A model generated the notes under the pieces. It was not told the origin of the DNA and made no database searches. It saw nothing but the letters and a program-made list of their open reading frames with translations. Both the position numbers and the translations under genes were made by a program. A stretch of DNA of 42,936 nucleotides from a virus. Its lineage: Duplodnaviria > Caudoviricetes. This document shows positions 9,170 through 18,461 of this stretch, one piece after another (within the stretch, counting starts at the first letter, position 1; each line of letters starts with the position of its first letter). The stretch covers positions 1 through 42,936 of IMG/VR virus record IMGVR_UViG_3300032320_000989. One strand, written 5' to 3'.

Positions 9170-10774
9170 ATGCCAAGATTAAGCCTTTACAGACCCGAAA
9201 AGGGCAACGATTATAAGTTTTTTGACCGCAACATCTACGAGATGTTTCAAGTGGGCGGCGTCGACGTCTTTATACACAAGTATATTGGCACCGATGACGG
9301 CACGGCTGTTAAAGATCACACCCAGATTCAAGACTTGTTGTTCTTAGAAAATCGTGATAGAAAATACAGCGAAGACATTTATACGCTTCGAGGACATTAT
9401 CAAGTAGCGGACATTGACTTTAACCTCAGTCAGTTTGGTTTATTTTTAAGCAATGATACAATTTTTATGACAGTTCACATTAATAACAGTGTGGATATTT
9501 TAGGTCGTAAAATTATGAGTGGCGATGTTGTAGAACTGCCCAACTTAAAAGACGAATATGCCGCAAATAATTATGCGGCTTCACTAAAACGCTTCTATGT
9601 TGTAGAAGAAGTTAATCGCGCCGCAGAAGGATTTTCAGCAACTTGGTACCCGCACTTATATCGTGTAAAATTAAAAAGCATCGTTGACAGTCAAGAGTAC
9701 AAAGATCTGTTGGATCGTCCAACAGAAACAGACAACTATGCTGGGGATTATGATCCTACAATAACTTACTATCCTGGACAAATTGTAAAATATAAAGGTG
9801 TACTCTACGAAGTTATACAGGAAGTTACAGGCAATGAACCAGGAGTCAGTGAAACCAGTGTAGAGCCAACAGTCACAGACGGCTGGCAGGATTATTATGT
9901 AGTTAGTACTACAGATACCTTACGTGATCTAATGAGCACCTATGAAAAAGAAAAGGCCATAGGCGAAGCAGTAGTGGCGGAAGCAGAAGCCAATGCTAAG
10001 AAAAGCGGTTATGAAACCAGTCACTTTTATACATTAAATGTTGATGAGAATACTGGAACAGTCGATTTAACACTGGTAACATCAGATACTAATGTATCCG
10101 TAGATACTAATGTCACAGGCAGTGCATTGCCAATTCGTGACGGCTATGCTGGATATTTGTTAGGGGACGGTATAGCACCCAACGGTCCTATTGTTAATGT
10201 CGACGATGTCACTATACCTGAAGGACAGGTAGATGCACAGTTTGGTTTTGGTATACAATTTCCCAATGGTGCTGCCAGCGGTGATGTATTTTTAAGAACA
10301 GATTTTATGCCTAATCGTATGTTTAGATACGATGGACGTCGATGGGTTAAACAGGAAGATAATGTGCGTATGACATTGAGTAACACAGATGATCGTCAGA
10401 CACAGAAAACTGGGTTTGTTAATAACACAGAAAAATCTGGAATTAGACAACTGGCATCTGACGTTATCTATATTGATTTACTGGGTGATCCAATTTGGGA
10501 AAGCGATGGTATCACACAGGATCTACAACTAACAGCAACATCTACAACTGTTACAACCAATGTACCATACAATAAAGATTATTTCATTGAAGTATGGATT
10601 GACGAACAGAGTAAAGCAAAGAAAGTTACAATGTCAAATACGGGCGGAACTATTGTATTCACAATAGGACATCCTATACAGGATAACAGCGTAATTAGAT
10701 ATACTATCTTCGATCGTGTAGTAACACAAAGACAGAGCCTAAGTAAAGCTCTTAGACCACAGGCGGACAACTAA
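9170..10774 (+). CDS. gp14: Neck protein, T4 gp14-like, with an inserted carbohydrate-binding-like module and a C-terminal extension
   Basis: LSQFGLFL..D.IF.T..GDVVELP..FYVVEEV pattern of gp14-like neck proteins. Sits directly before a gp15-like gene with a TAATG overlap. Confidence 0.65.
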   Translation: MPRLSLYRPEKGNDYKFFDRNIYEMFQVGGVDVFIHKYIGTDDGTAVKDHTQIQDLLFLENRDRKYSEDIYTLRGHYQVADIDFNLSQFGLFLSNDTIFMTVHINNSVDILGRKIMSGDVVELPNLKDEYAANNYAASLKRFYVVEEVNRAAEGFSATWYPHLYRVKLKSIVDSQEYKDLLDRPTETDNYAGDYDPTITYYPGQIVKYKGVLYEVIQEVTGNEPGVSETSVEPTVTDGWQDYYVVSTTDTLRDLMSTYEKEKAIGEAVVAEAEANAKKSGYETSHFYTLNVDENTGTVDLTLVTSDTNVSVDTNVTGSALPIRDGYAGYLLGDGIAPNGPIVNVDDVTIPEGQVDAQFGFGIQFPNGAASGDVFLRTDFMPNRMFRYDGRRWVKQEDNVRMTLSNTDDRQTQKTGFVNNTEKSGIRQLASDVIYIDLLGDPIWESDGITQDLQLTATSTTVTTNVPYNKDYFIEVWIDEQSKAKKVTMSNTGGTIVFTIGHPIQDNSVIRYTIFDRVVTQRQSLSKALRPQADN

Positions 10775-12204
10775 TGCAATTCTTTTACGATGGTCAAATA
10801 AGACGATATATTGGTCAGGTAATTCGCATGTTAAGCGGATTTAAGTATCAAGCCGCAGACGGAACACAACGTACTGTGCCAGTGATGTACGGAGATATGA
10901 CCCGTCAAGTTGGCAGTATTATCAAAGAAAACTCAGAGAATAAATTATCTAGTGCTCCAAGGATAGCAGTTTATGTAACTGGCTTGGCCATGGATAAAAC
11001 AAGACTAAGCGATGCAACTTTTGTCAGCAAAGTACATATTCGTGAACGTGAGTATAACGAAATCACTGGAGAATATACTGCTAAACAGGGCAACAATTAT
11101 ACTGTAGAACGCTTAATGCCTACGCCATATAAACTGACATTAAAAGCAGATATATGGACCACCAACACTGACATGAAATTACAGATCATGGAACAGATAT
11201 TGATGTTGTTTAATCCAAGTTTAGAAATACAGACCACAGATAATTTCATCGACTGGACTAGTTTAAGTGTTGTAGATTTAACTGATATAACTTTTAGCAG
11301 TCGTAGTGTTCCTGTAGGCGCTGAAACAGAAATCGACATTGGAACTTTAACTTTTGAAACACCAATCTGGATCAGTCCTCCTACTAAAGTTAAAAAATTA
11401 GGTGTAGTTACAGATGTACTAATGAACATATTCGATGCCACTGGCAAAGTCACTCCTGATTTTGTCAACGGCAAACCAGTCGCTACAGAATATAATAATA
11501 CCGGTGGCTTTGGTTTACTAGTTTATAATAATAAATTAAGTCTTCTTAAAGGACGAGAGCCTATTATAGAAGATGATGCCGCCGACAGTGTGTTTACTAA
11601 AATAGGTGCAGACATCAGTTGGGATTATATTTTTGAACAATACCCAGGAAAATTCCGTACCGGAATCAGCCAAGTATTTTTAATTCAAGACAACGGCAAT
11701 CAGATTGTAGGCACACTCAGCGAAGATCAAGATGACAGCACAATATTACATGTGAATTGGGATCAAGATACATTTCCAACCAACACATTAATAGCCAACG
11801 ATGCAAATACTGTATTGCGTGGCACTGTGGATGCTATTGTAGATCCAACAAGATTTAATCCTCGTCCAAGATTGCCTGGTGGTGCGTTAGACTGGCCTGA
11901 TATTACCAGTGGTCCGATTAGATACATCATACTAGACAGCATTGGAGACGAAGTAAATGACGACGGCCCCGATGGCTGGAAAAATCAAGACGGCAGCGAT
12001 TTTTATGCACAGGCAAACAGTATCATCGAGTGGGCGGGTACACACTGGGAAGTAGTTTTAGATCCTAACGATCCTGCATTGGTTGATACACCTGTATACA
12101 TTACTAATCTAAGAACTGGTATACAGTATAAATTCTTAGAGGGCGAATGGACTAAATCATTTGAAGGCGAGTATCCTAAAGGTACTTGGCGCATGATATT
12201 CTAA
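10774..12204 (+). CDS. gp15: Tail sheath stabiliser / tail completion protein, T4 gp15-like, C-terminally extended
   Basis: FFYDGQIRRY..VPVMYG..PRI..MPTPY.L....IWT...LQIMEQIL..FNP matches gp15-family motifs. Confidence 0.8.
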   Translation: MQFFYDGQIRRYIGQVIRMLSGFKYQAADGTQRTVPVMYGDMTRQVGSIIKENSENKLSSAPRIAVYVTGLAMDKTRLSDATFVSKVHIREREYNEITGEYTAKQGNNYTVERLMPTPYKLTLKADIWTTNTDMKLQIMEQILMLFNPSLEIQTTDNFIDWTSLSVVDLTDITFSSRSVPVGAETEIDIGTLTFETPIWISPPTKVKKLGVVTDVLMNIFDATGKVTPDFVNGKPVATEYNNTGGFGLLVYNNKLSLLKGREPIIEDDAADSVFTKIGADISWDYIFEQYPGKFRTGISQVFLIQDNGNQIVGTLSEDQDDSTILHVNWDQDTFPTNTLIANDANTVLRGTVDAIVDPTRFNPRPRLPGGALDWPDITSGPIRYIILDSIGDEVNDDGPDGWKNQDGSDFYAQANSIIEWAGTHWEVVLDPNDPALVDTPVYITNLRTGIQYKFLEGEWTKSFEGEYPKGTWRMIF

Positions 12205-12217
12205 AATAAGTAAGTGC

Positions 12218-12652
12218 ATGAAAGAACAGATTGTCTGCTCTGGCGCACTATTTTATGCCAAAACTACTCGAAGATTTTTACTGCTACAAAAAGCAGAAGG
12301 TAAACACGCAGGTACTTGGGGATTAGTCGGCGGCACCAACGTTGAAGGCGAAAGTGCTTGGCAAGGACTTCAAAGAGAAATTGAAGAAGAAATTGGCAGT
12401 GTTCCCAGCATCATTAAAACTATTCCCATAGAGACATTTGTCAGCAACGACAGCGTGTTTAATTTCCACACTTATCTCTGCGTAATTGAAAACGAGTTTA
12501 TTCCTGTATTAAGCAAAGAACACAACGGGTGGGCATGGGCTACAGTAGACAGTGCTCCTAAACCCCTACACCAAGGACTGCGTAGTAGTTTTAGTAATAA
12601 AATATTACGTACAAAACTTCAAACAGTTTTTGATATAGTAGATTTAATTTGA
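12218..12652 (+). CDS. Nudix hydrolase
   Basis: Intact Nudix box G-TNVEG-E-SAWQGLQ-REIEEEIG (GX5EX7REUXEEXG). Confidence 0.92.
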   Translation: MKEQIVCSGALFYAKTTRRFLLLQKAEGKHAGTWGLVGGTNVEGESAWQGLQREIEEEIGSVPSIIKTIPIETFVSNDSVFNFHTYLCVIENEFIPVLSKEHNGWAWATVDSAPKPLHQGLRSSFSNKILRTKLQTVFDIVDLI

Positions 12653-13261
12653 TAATCTCCACTGATTATAAACTTGACTAACAGCCTGTGGTGGGCCGTG
12701 TTCTGTATTAAAACTAACAACCACCCGTCTAGTACTACAATTAGCATCAGTGCTGTGCTCTAGCCAACTAGGAAATAATATTAACTGTCCTTCCTTGCAC
12801 TCAACTATGTGATGATTTTCATTTAATTCATTAGATCCTAAAATCATTTCAGCCATTCTACACTGTGCCACGGGACTGTGAAATTTTAAACCTACAGACC
12901 TTTCGGGTGCTTCCACATATAATGCTCCTGAAATTACACTAAGTTCATGCCTATGAGGTTTCACTGCGTGTCCAGTTTCCATGATATTGAACCAACTGTT
13001 GGTTATCTGCACTGGCGCCATTTGTAAATCTAGTGCCATGTCTTTTACCAAACTTTCTATTTTGGCTCTAAGCCTCCTCACACTAAAATGACTTAAAATT
13101 GGAGTCATTGGAGTATTATAAGAACTGCCAGCATCACTAACTAGGCCGTGTGGTCGCAAATTTTTTTCACTTTGTTTTACCAAATCTTTAAGATTTTGCC
13201 ACTCGGGCTCAGTGGATAAATCGTGAATATCTATACGTACTGGAAAAATTAATTTCTGCAT
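12644..13261 (-). CDS. Putative Fe(II)/2OG oxygenase (TIGR02466-like, HxH type)
   Basis: SWFN..PHRH..SVISGALYV..LILFPSWLEH..R.VVSFN. Start moved to ATG 13261 (MQKLIFP) because paralogues begin with x-IFP/LFP and a late-promoter motif lies just upstream. Confidence 0.85.
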   Translation of the reverse strand: MQKLIFPVRIDIHDLSTEPEWQNLKDLVKQSEKNLRPHGLVSDAGSSYNTPMTPILSHFSVRRLRAKIESLVKDMALDLQMAPVQITNSWFNIMETGHAVKPHRHELSVISGALYVEAPERSVGLKFHSPVAQCRMAEMILGSNELNENHHIVECKEGQLILFPSWLEHSTDANCSTRRVVVSFNTEHGPPQAVSQVYNQWRLSN

Positions 13262-13268
13262 TTGGTGA

Positions 13269-13276
13269 TATTTAGT
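13269..13276 (-). promoter_or_regulatory. Putative late promoter (ACTAAATA)
   Basis: Minus-strand ACTAAATA 7 nt upstream of ATG 13261. Confidence 0.5.
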
Positions 13277-13309
13277 ACTCTGTTTTGCTGTAAACAGCGG
13301 TTGTGACTC

Positions 13310-13317
13310 TATAAATA
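13310..13317 (+). promoter_or_regulatory. T4-type late promoter TATAAATA
   Basis: Exact T4 gp55 consensus, followed by an AAGGAG RBS and the groES ATG. It heads the enzyme array. Confidence 0.75.
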
Positions 13318-13338
13318 TTCTACAGAAAGGAGACATCG

Positions 13339-13653
13339 ATGTTACTAAAACCAGTACATGATAGATTAATTGTTAAACGAGACGACCCTGAAAAAGTCAG
13401 CAAAGGGGGAATTGTTATACCTGATCAAGCTCAAGAACGTGCAACTCGCGGCACAATTCTAGCCTCGGGTCCAGGAAAATATGCTGAAAAAACCGGCGTG
13501 TTCATCCCTACAACCCTACAACCAGGCACAAAAGTTTTATTTCATCCTTATGCTGGCAGTGAAATGAAGGTAGGTGAAGAAATATTCTACAATATGCCAG
13601 AAGGCGATATTTGGGCTATCATAGAAGAAGATGAAGAACCAACTGCTGTCTAA
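13339..13653 (+). CDS. groES: Co-chaperonin GroES (Cpn10)
   Basis: LKPVHDRLIV..SKGGIVIPD.A.E....G.ILASGPG..G.KVLF..YAGSE.K...E.DI.AII. Confidence 0.95.
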   Translation: MLLKPVHDRLIVKRDDPEKVSKGGIVIPDQAQERATRGTILASGPGKYAEKTGVFIPTTLQPGTKVLFHPYAGSEMKVGEEIFYNMPEGDIWAIIEEDEEPTAV

Positions 13654-14188
13654 AGATTATATTATACACCAGATTGATTTTGTTAAAAATAATCAACAGT
13701 TATATTCGAATCAATGTATAGAATTACATAAGGCATTGATTCGAATAAATGGGAATATCGATACAACTAAATCGTATTGGAAATATAATATTTTTAATGT
13801 TAGTTGTAGCAGTTTAGCGTTCTACAGGCTATGGAAGGAACTTAATTTAAAAATAAGAGAATATGTTGGAGACGATCGTCCATTATGGATGTCTGGGTGG
13901 TTAAATTTTCATAAGAGTGATCAAGTTTTAGATTGGCACAATCATAAATTATCTATTTGTCACGGTTATGTTAGTATTGATCCAAAAAATACTGTAACAG
14001 AATTTGAAAATTATAAAATTACAAATTTGCCTGGGCAGTTGTATCTTGGTCCTAGTGAAAGAATGCATCGTGTTTTAGTTTTAGAACCATATTCTGATTA
14101 TAGGATTACTATAGGATTCGATGTAAGCGATAAGCAAAACGAAGATCATATTAATTCTAATTTTCATTCTTTTATACCGGTATTTTAA
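13631..14188 (+). CDS. Putative Fe(II)/2OG oxygenase-like protein (HxH type)
   Basis: GWLNFH..LDWHNH..HGYV..HRV..RITIGFD. Confidence 0.7.
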   Translation: MKNQLLSKDYIIHQIDFVKNNQQLYSNQCIELHKALIRINGNIDTTKSYWKYNIFNVSCSSLAFYRLWKELNLKIREYVGDDRPLWMSGWLNFHKSDQVLDWHNHKLSICHGYVSIDPKNTVTEFENYKITNLPGQLYLGPSERMHRVLVLEPYSDYRITIGFDVSDKQNEDHINSNFHSFIPVF

Positions 14189-14189
14189 T

Positions 14190-14678
14190 ATGTTTAAATT
14201 TTTAGAAGATCAAGATTTTATTAACAGTAGACAAAATAATAAACATTTTGTTTTTAGAAATCTTGATCTAACTACTCCTACCTGGAGTGAAATATTAGAG
14301 AATTTAAACCAAACGATTGTTTCTAAATCAAAAATAAAAATTTTAGAGAATCTTGGATTTGTATTTTTTAATGCAGAAAGAATGTTGTCTGTAAACAGTT
14401 TATTAACTGAAATTAAAAAACTTACAGATAGGCCCTGTACAGCACATTGTTATATTTCTTTGTTAGAAGTATCGCATACATTTGGTAGACATAACGATAC
14501 ATCGGATGTATTTTTTTGGCAAGTACAGGGTCGCACACTATGGAAAGTTGAACAAGGCACAACAACCTATGAGTATGAATTATTTCCTAATGATTTAATT
14601 TATATTCCTAGATTTATATTTCATGATGTAGTACCGCTTGAGCCAAGGGCGGGTATATCTATAGGAATTGATTACTAA
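14190..14678 (+). CDS. JmjC/Cupin_4-like oxygenase (related to YcfD/ROX-type hydroxylases)
   Basis: FGRHND..DVFFWQVQG...W.V..L.PNDLIYIPR...H.V..R..ISIG. Confidence 0.8.
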   Translation: MFKFLEDQDFINSRQNNKHFVFRNLDLTTPTWSEILENLNQTIVSKSKIKILENLGFVFFNAERMLSVNSLLTEIKKLTDRPCTAHCYISLLEVSHTFGRHNDTSDVFFWQVQGRTLWKVEQGTTTYEYELFPNDLIYIPRFIFHDVVPLEPRAGISIGIDY

Positions 14679-14679
14679 G

Positions 14680-15270
14680 ATGTTAGAAAATATTAAAGAT
14701 TATATTTTTGTAAAGAATGTTATACCAAAAGATGTCTGCGAATCTATGGTTAAAGATGTTGCCACACGAGCACCGTGGACTAAACATCAATGGCAAAATT
14801 ACGGGATCGTTAAGGATAGAAAAACAAGTTTTCCGTCTACAGAATTAGACATAGCAGAATCAACTCCAGAACAAAATAATATACTATACCCATATATGGG
14901 CGAAGTATTAAAGGCATATGAAGAACGAATAAAAGAAAATAACAGTTTTGATAGTTTTGTTTCTAACTGCGGATTGCATATTGCTTGTCCGGTAAGATTT
15001 AATAGATACACAGTGCATACGCAGATGTTAGCACATCATGATCACATACACAGTCTCTTTGACGGTGAACGTAAAGGAATACCAATTTTATCTATTGTTG
15101 GATTACTGAATGATGATTACGAAAAGGGCGGATTTTTCTTTTTTGACGATTACGAAGTAAAGTTATCTGCTGGAGATATTCTAGTATTTCCTTCTGTGTT
15201 TATGTATCCGCATCGCGTTGAAAAAGTATCTAAAGGTACACGATATAGTTTTGTAAGTTGGGCATGGTAA
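14680..15270 (+). CDS. Fe(II)/2OG oxygenase, prolyl-4-hydroxylase-like (HxD type)
   Basis: RFNRY..HHD..LSIVGLLNDDYEKGGF..GDILVFPS.FMYPHRV..V.KG.RYSFVSW. ATG 14680 chosen, 1 nt after the previous stop. Confidence 0.88.
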   Translation: MLENIKDYIFVKNVIPKDVCESMVKDVATRAPWTKHQWQNYGIVKDRKTSFPSTELDIAESTPEQNNILYPYMGEVLKAYEERIKENNSFDSFVSNCGLHIACPVRFNRYTVHTQMLAHHDHIHSLFDGERKGIPILSIVGLLNDDYEKGGFFFFDDYEVKLSAGDILVFPSVFMYPHRVEKVSKGTRYSFVSWAW

Positions 15271-15854
15271 TGGATAAGTTAATAGATTTTGTTCGTATTG
15301 AAAATGCAATACCTGAAGAATTTTGTGATGAGATTGTAAAAGAAATCTCAAATAATCCTCACTGGGGTACACATTCCTATCATCCAGGTTTTAATAGACC
15401 CACCGTAACACATTTTCCTCCTACAGAATTTGAATTTCTCGATGCAGAAGAACAGTTAAGTTTAAAATTAATGCCGTATGTAGAACGTGTTATGAGATCC
15501 TACAACACATTCATTAATCAAAATAATAGTTTTGAAGGGTATGATTCTGAAACTGGGGTTACTACCTGCACTCCTATACGGTTTAATCGCTGTCGAATTC
15601 ACACACTTGTTGAAGCACACCACGACCATATACACGAATTATTTGGAAAAGGAAACAAAAGTATACCTTCAGTTTCAGTAGTTGGACTGCTTAATGATTC
15701 ATTTACTGGTGGCGAATTTGTTATGTTTAAAGACACTGATATGAAATTGAAGAAGGGCGATATTATTGTATTTCCTTCTAACTATCTGTACCCGCATCGT
15801 GTTGAAAAAGTTAAAAGCGGAGTTAGAGTAAGTTTTGTTACTTGGGCGTTTTAA
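15270..15854 (+). CDS. Fe(II)/2OG oxygenase, prolyl-4-hydroxylase-like; tandem paralogue of 14680-15270
   Basis: Shares P.RFNR..HT...AHHDHIH.LF..IP..S.VGLLND...GG.F..YPHRVEKV..G.R.SFV.W. TAATG-coupled start. Confidence 0.88.
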   Translation: MDKLIDFVRIENAIPEEFCDEIVKEISNNPHWGTHSYHPGFNRPTVTHFPPTEFEFLDAEEQLSLKLMPYVERVMRSYNTFINQNNSFEGYDSETGVTTCTPIRFNRCRIHTLVEAHHDHIHELFGKGNKSIPSVSVVGLLNDSFTGGEFVMFKDTDMKLKKGDIIVFPSNYLYPHRVEKVKSGVRVSFVTWAF

Positions 15855-16534
15855 TGACCGATGATTTTAAAAACATGGTTTTTTCTAAGGATAATTTTTT
15901 TATAAATCCTGATAAAATTCTCACGCTGTTTGATCGAGAACAGTTTTTTCAGTCAGCCGCATATCCAGGACAGCGTACAGGCAATTTATTAGAATCTAAT
16001 AAAGACATTTCAAGAAATTTTGGTTTGTTTTGTTCTAAAAAAATATGCGATGAAATATTTCCAGGAATTCACGGACTTATGATTGACATCAGATTGCATA
16101 TCAACACCGTGTACCATGACAGTGAACTTAATCAAGGATGGATTCATGCAGACGATGCTGATCTGGCTGGATTAATATATCTGTCAAAGAACGAAGATTG
16201 TTTAGATACTGGCACTTCAATTTTTAATAAAAAAATAAAAGAAAACTTTTCATCGAGGGATATTACATCTCGTCAAGAGTTTAATGTCACTGGTGTTGCA
16301 ACTGATGAATATAAAAAAGATTTGTATGAAAATCATAGTATGTTTTCTGAAACAATACGTATAGGCAATGTTTACAATCGATTAGTGGCCTATGATGCTA
16401 CATTATTTCATCGACCGAATCGTTATAACTTAGATTCTTTAGAATTGAGAAGGAGTATTGTATTTTTTATCAAAGGTTTCAAAAGAACATACGAATCAAA
16501 AATTAATATTATGTCGTCTTGGGAGGATGTATGA
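15854..16534 (+). CDS. Fe(II)/2OG oxygenase-like protein (DUF6445-like, HxD type)
   Basis: DNFF.NPD..YPGQRT..GWIHAD...AGLIYL..GTS..NVYNRLV.YD...FH..R...VFF. TAATG-coupled start. Confidence 0.72.
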   Translation: MTDDFKNMVFSKDNFFINPDKILTLFDREQFFQSAAYPGQRTGNLLESNKDISRNFGLFCSKKICDEIFPGIHGLMIDIRLHINTVYHDSELNQGWIHADDADLAGLIYLSKNEDCLDTGTSIFNKKIKENFSSRDITSRQEFNVTGVATDEYKKDLYENHSMFSETIRIGNVYNRLVAYDATLFHRPNRYNLDSLELRRSIVFFIKGFKRTYESKINIMSSWEDV

Positions 16535-17160
16535 TTTATAAAACTCCGTTATTTGAAGTACCAATGTATAAAATGAAAGCATCTAGACATGCTGAGATTA
16601 AACAATGGATGCTGGACAATGTGTTTACTGAATATGAAAAACATGGCCCTAATGAGTCGTCTAGAAATCTTTATAGCAGTTACTTTCCCGGTGCTCCTAA
16701 ATTAGATAACAAGACATTTTCTAATTTTTATACCAAAGATATTAACAATTTTATAGATAAGGCAGGTTTTTCAAAATTACATAAGTGGGAAACACGTTTG
16801 AACTTTTGGTATAATTTAACGTTTAAGGGATCCTATCAGGAAGTTCACGACCACTTAGGAGGTCCTATACCAATTTCCTATGCGGCAATTCATTATGTTG
16901 TCTTTGACAAAGCAGAACACATTTCAACAGTATTCTATAATCCGTTAGAATCTATTTTAAAAACATTACAACCAACTACAAAGGATCAGTTTAGACCTAC
17001 CGATTATCAAGGTTTACAAAAAATATTTAATGTTGAGGAAGGAGATTTAATAATATTTCCGTCTTATGTACCGCACTCTGTGATGACGCAAGTTAGCGAA
17101 AACCCCAGACTTACTGTAGCATTTAATCTCAGCATTTACGAAAAGGAAGCATATGAGTAA
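16531..17160 (+). CDS. Putative Fe(II)/2OG oxygenase (TIGR02466-like, HxH type)
   Basis: WYN..YQEVHDH..AAIHYV..EEGDLIIFPSYVPHSV..RLTVAFN. GGAGG RBS and ATGA overlap. Confidence 0.85.
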   Translation: MIYKTPLFEVPMYKMKASRHAEIKQWMLDNVFTEYEKHGPNESSRNLYSSYFPGAPKLDNKTFSNFYTKDINNFIDKAGFSKLHKWETRLNFWYNLTFKGSYQEVHDHLGGPIPISYAAIHYVVFDKAEHISTVFYNPLESILKTLQPTTKDQFRPTDYQGLQKIFNVEEGDLIIFPSYVPHSVMTQVSENPRLTVAFNLSIYEKEAYE

Positions 17161-17797
17161 TGTATCTACAATACCTTTATTTCCTGTAAACATTTACAAA
17201 ATAAAAGTAACTAATCACGAAAAAATTAAAAAGTATCTTATGGATAATGTGCATCCTTATTTTGAAAAACACGGACCCAACGATCCAGTACAAAATACAT
17301 TAACAGACTACGGGTTTATGCACGATGCGGCATTCTGTCATTGGCCGTATCTTATTGATTGGTATAAGCCAGATATCCATTCTATATTAGAAACAATTGG
17401 TTTCAATTTTAAACGCCATCCTTGGAAAATAAAAATGAAAGGATGGTATAATTTTTCTACCAGCAATACTGCGGCATTTGTACACGATCACGCCGGAGGA
17501 CCTAGTACAATACAATTTTCTGCTGTACATTATGTAAAGTTAGGAGAAGGCGCTAAACCAACTGTGTTTAATAATCCATGGAGCAAACTGTTAAAAGCAA
17601 CTACTCCTACTAAAAACTTTGATTTTCTCCCGCCTTATTTCTGTGATTTTTCTCGAATGCCCGAAGTAGAAGAAGGAGATTTAATATTATTTCCTAGTTG
17701 GCTCGATCACTTTGCTCCTCATTTTACTTCAGGATCGTTGCGTGTTACCACTGCTCTCAATATTATGATGCGTGTAGATGATGGAGACGGAAATTAA
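17153..17797 (+). CDS. Putative Fe(II)/2OG oxygenase; tandem paralogue of 16531-17160
   Basis: Shares PLF.V..YK.K...H..IK....DNV...EKHGPN, WYN, VHDH.GGP, VEEGDLI.FPS, H..R.T.A.N. Confidence 0.85.
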   Translation: MSNVSTIPLFPVNIYKIKVTNHEKIKKYLMDNVHPYFEKHGPNDPVQNTLTDYGFMHDAAFCHWPYLIDWYKPDIHSILETIGFNFKRHPWKIKMKGWYNFSTSNTAAFVHDHAGGPSTIQFSAVHYVKLGEGAKPTVFNNPWSKLLKATTPTKNFDFLPPYFCDFSRMPEVEEGDLILFPSWLDHFAPHFTSGSLRVTTALNIMMRVDDGDGN

Positions 17798-17798
17798 A

Positions 17799-18461
17799 AT
17801 GAAATTCAGTGAATTAGCCAATGTTGGCATGGTGCTCGAAGACTTGAATCCGTTTTTAGTTAAGCGTATTCAAAAAGTTACACAAACATTTAAAGATATG
17901 TTTAAAGAAAATAGTTCTCCTGATATGTTATATCAGTTTCATAGAAGAATAGACGGGTACGATCTAGATTATTTAATACCCGAAGATTTAAAAAAAGATA
18001 TTGAAAACGAAGCACTTAAATTAATAATTGCACACGAGCATACATATCAATATTTTAATAGAATGTATAATTTTATAACATCAATTCCACCAAAAGAAGT
18101 TCAGTTTGAATTAGAACGTATGTGGGTTAATATTCAACGCAAGGGAGAATTTCTACCTATACACGAACATTCAGGCATCTATAGTTTTGTTTTATGGACT
18201 GATGTTCCGTTTAACATAGCAGACGAAGGGTTATATAGTCCTAATCCTACTACAGAAAAAAACAGAGCAGGACATTTTCAATTTTTATACATAGATATTC
18301 TTGGAAAAATCAGCACATTAAACCTACCAGTGGACAAAACATGGGAAGGAAAAATGTGCATCTTTCCATCTGCTATGAATCATCAAGTTTATCCATTTTA
18401 TAGTTCTAATGGTATTAGAATTTCTATATCTGGGAATTTTAGGGTGCGTATAGGTGATTAA
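17799..18461 (+). CDS. Putative Fe(II)/2OG oxygenase (HxH type)
   Basis: MWVN.Q..GEF.P.HEHSGIYSFV.W..FPS...HQVYPFY..RISISGN. The start could also be 17778 or 17781. Confidence 0.85.
   Translation: MKFSELANVGMVLEDLNPFLVKRIQKVTQTFKDMFKENSSPDMLYQFHRRIDGYDLDYLIPEDLKKDIENEALKLIIAHEHTYQYFNRMYNFITSIPPKEVQFELERMWVNIQRKGEFLPIHEHSGIYSFVLWTDVPFNIADEGLYSPNPTTEKNRAGHFQFLYIDILGKISTLNLPVDKTWEGKMCIFPSAMNHQVYPFYSSNGIRISISGNFRVRIGD

Noticed and set aside
12205-12217. ATAAGTA before the Nudix gene and TATATA at about 21101 as additional late promoters
   Set aside because: Both mismatch the TAAATA core in AT-rich spacers and are too weak to call.
13262-13336. N-terminal extensions in the ORF track (13336, also 14668, 15258, 15842, 16519, 19044, 23116)
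   Set aside because: They run through promoter motifs or deep into upstream genes. Downstream ATGs give TAATG/ATGA coupling or abutting starts and match the paralogue N-termini.
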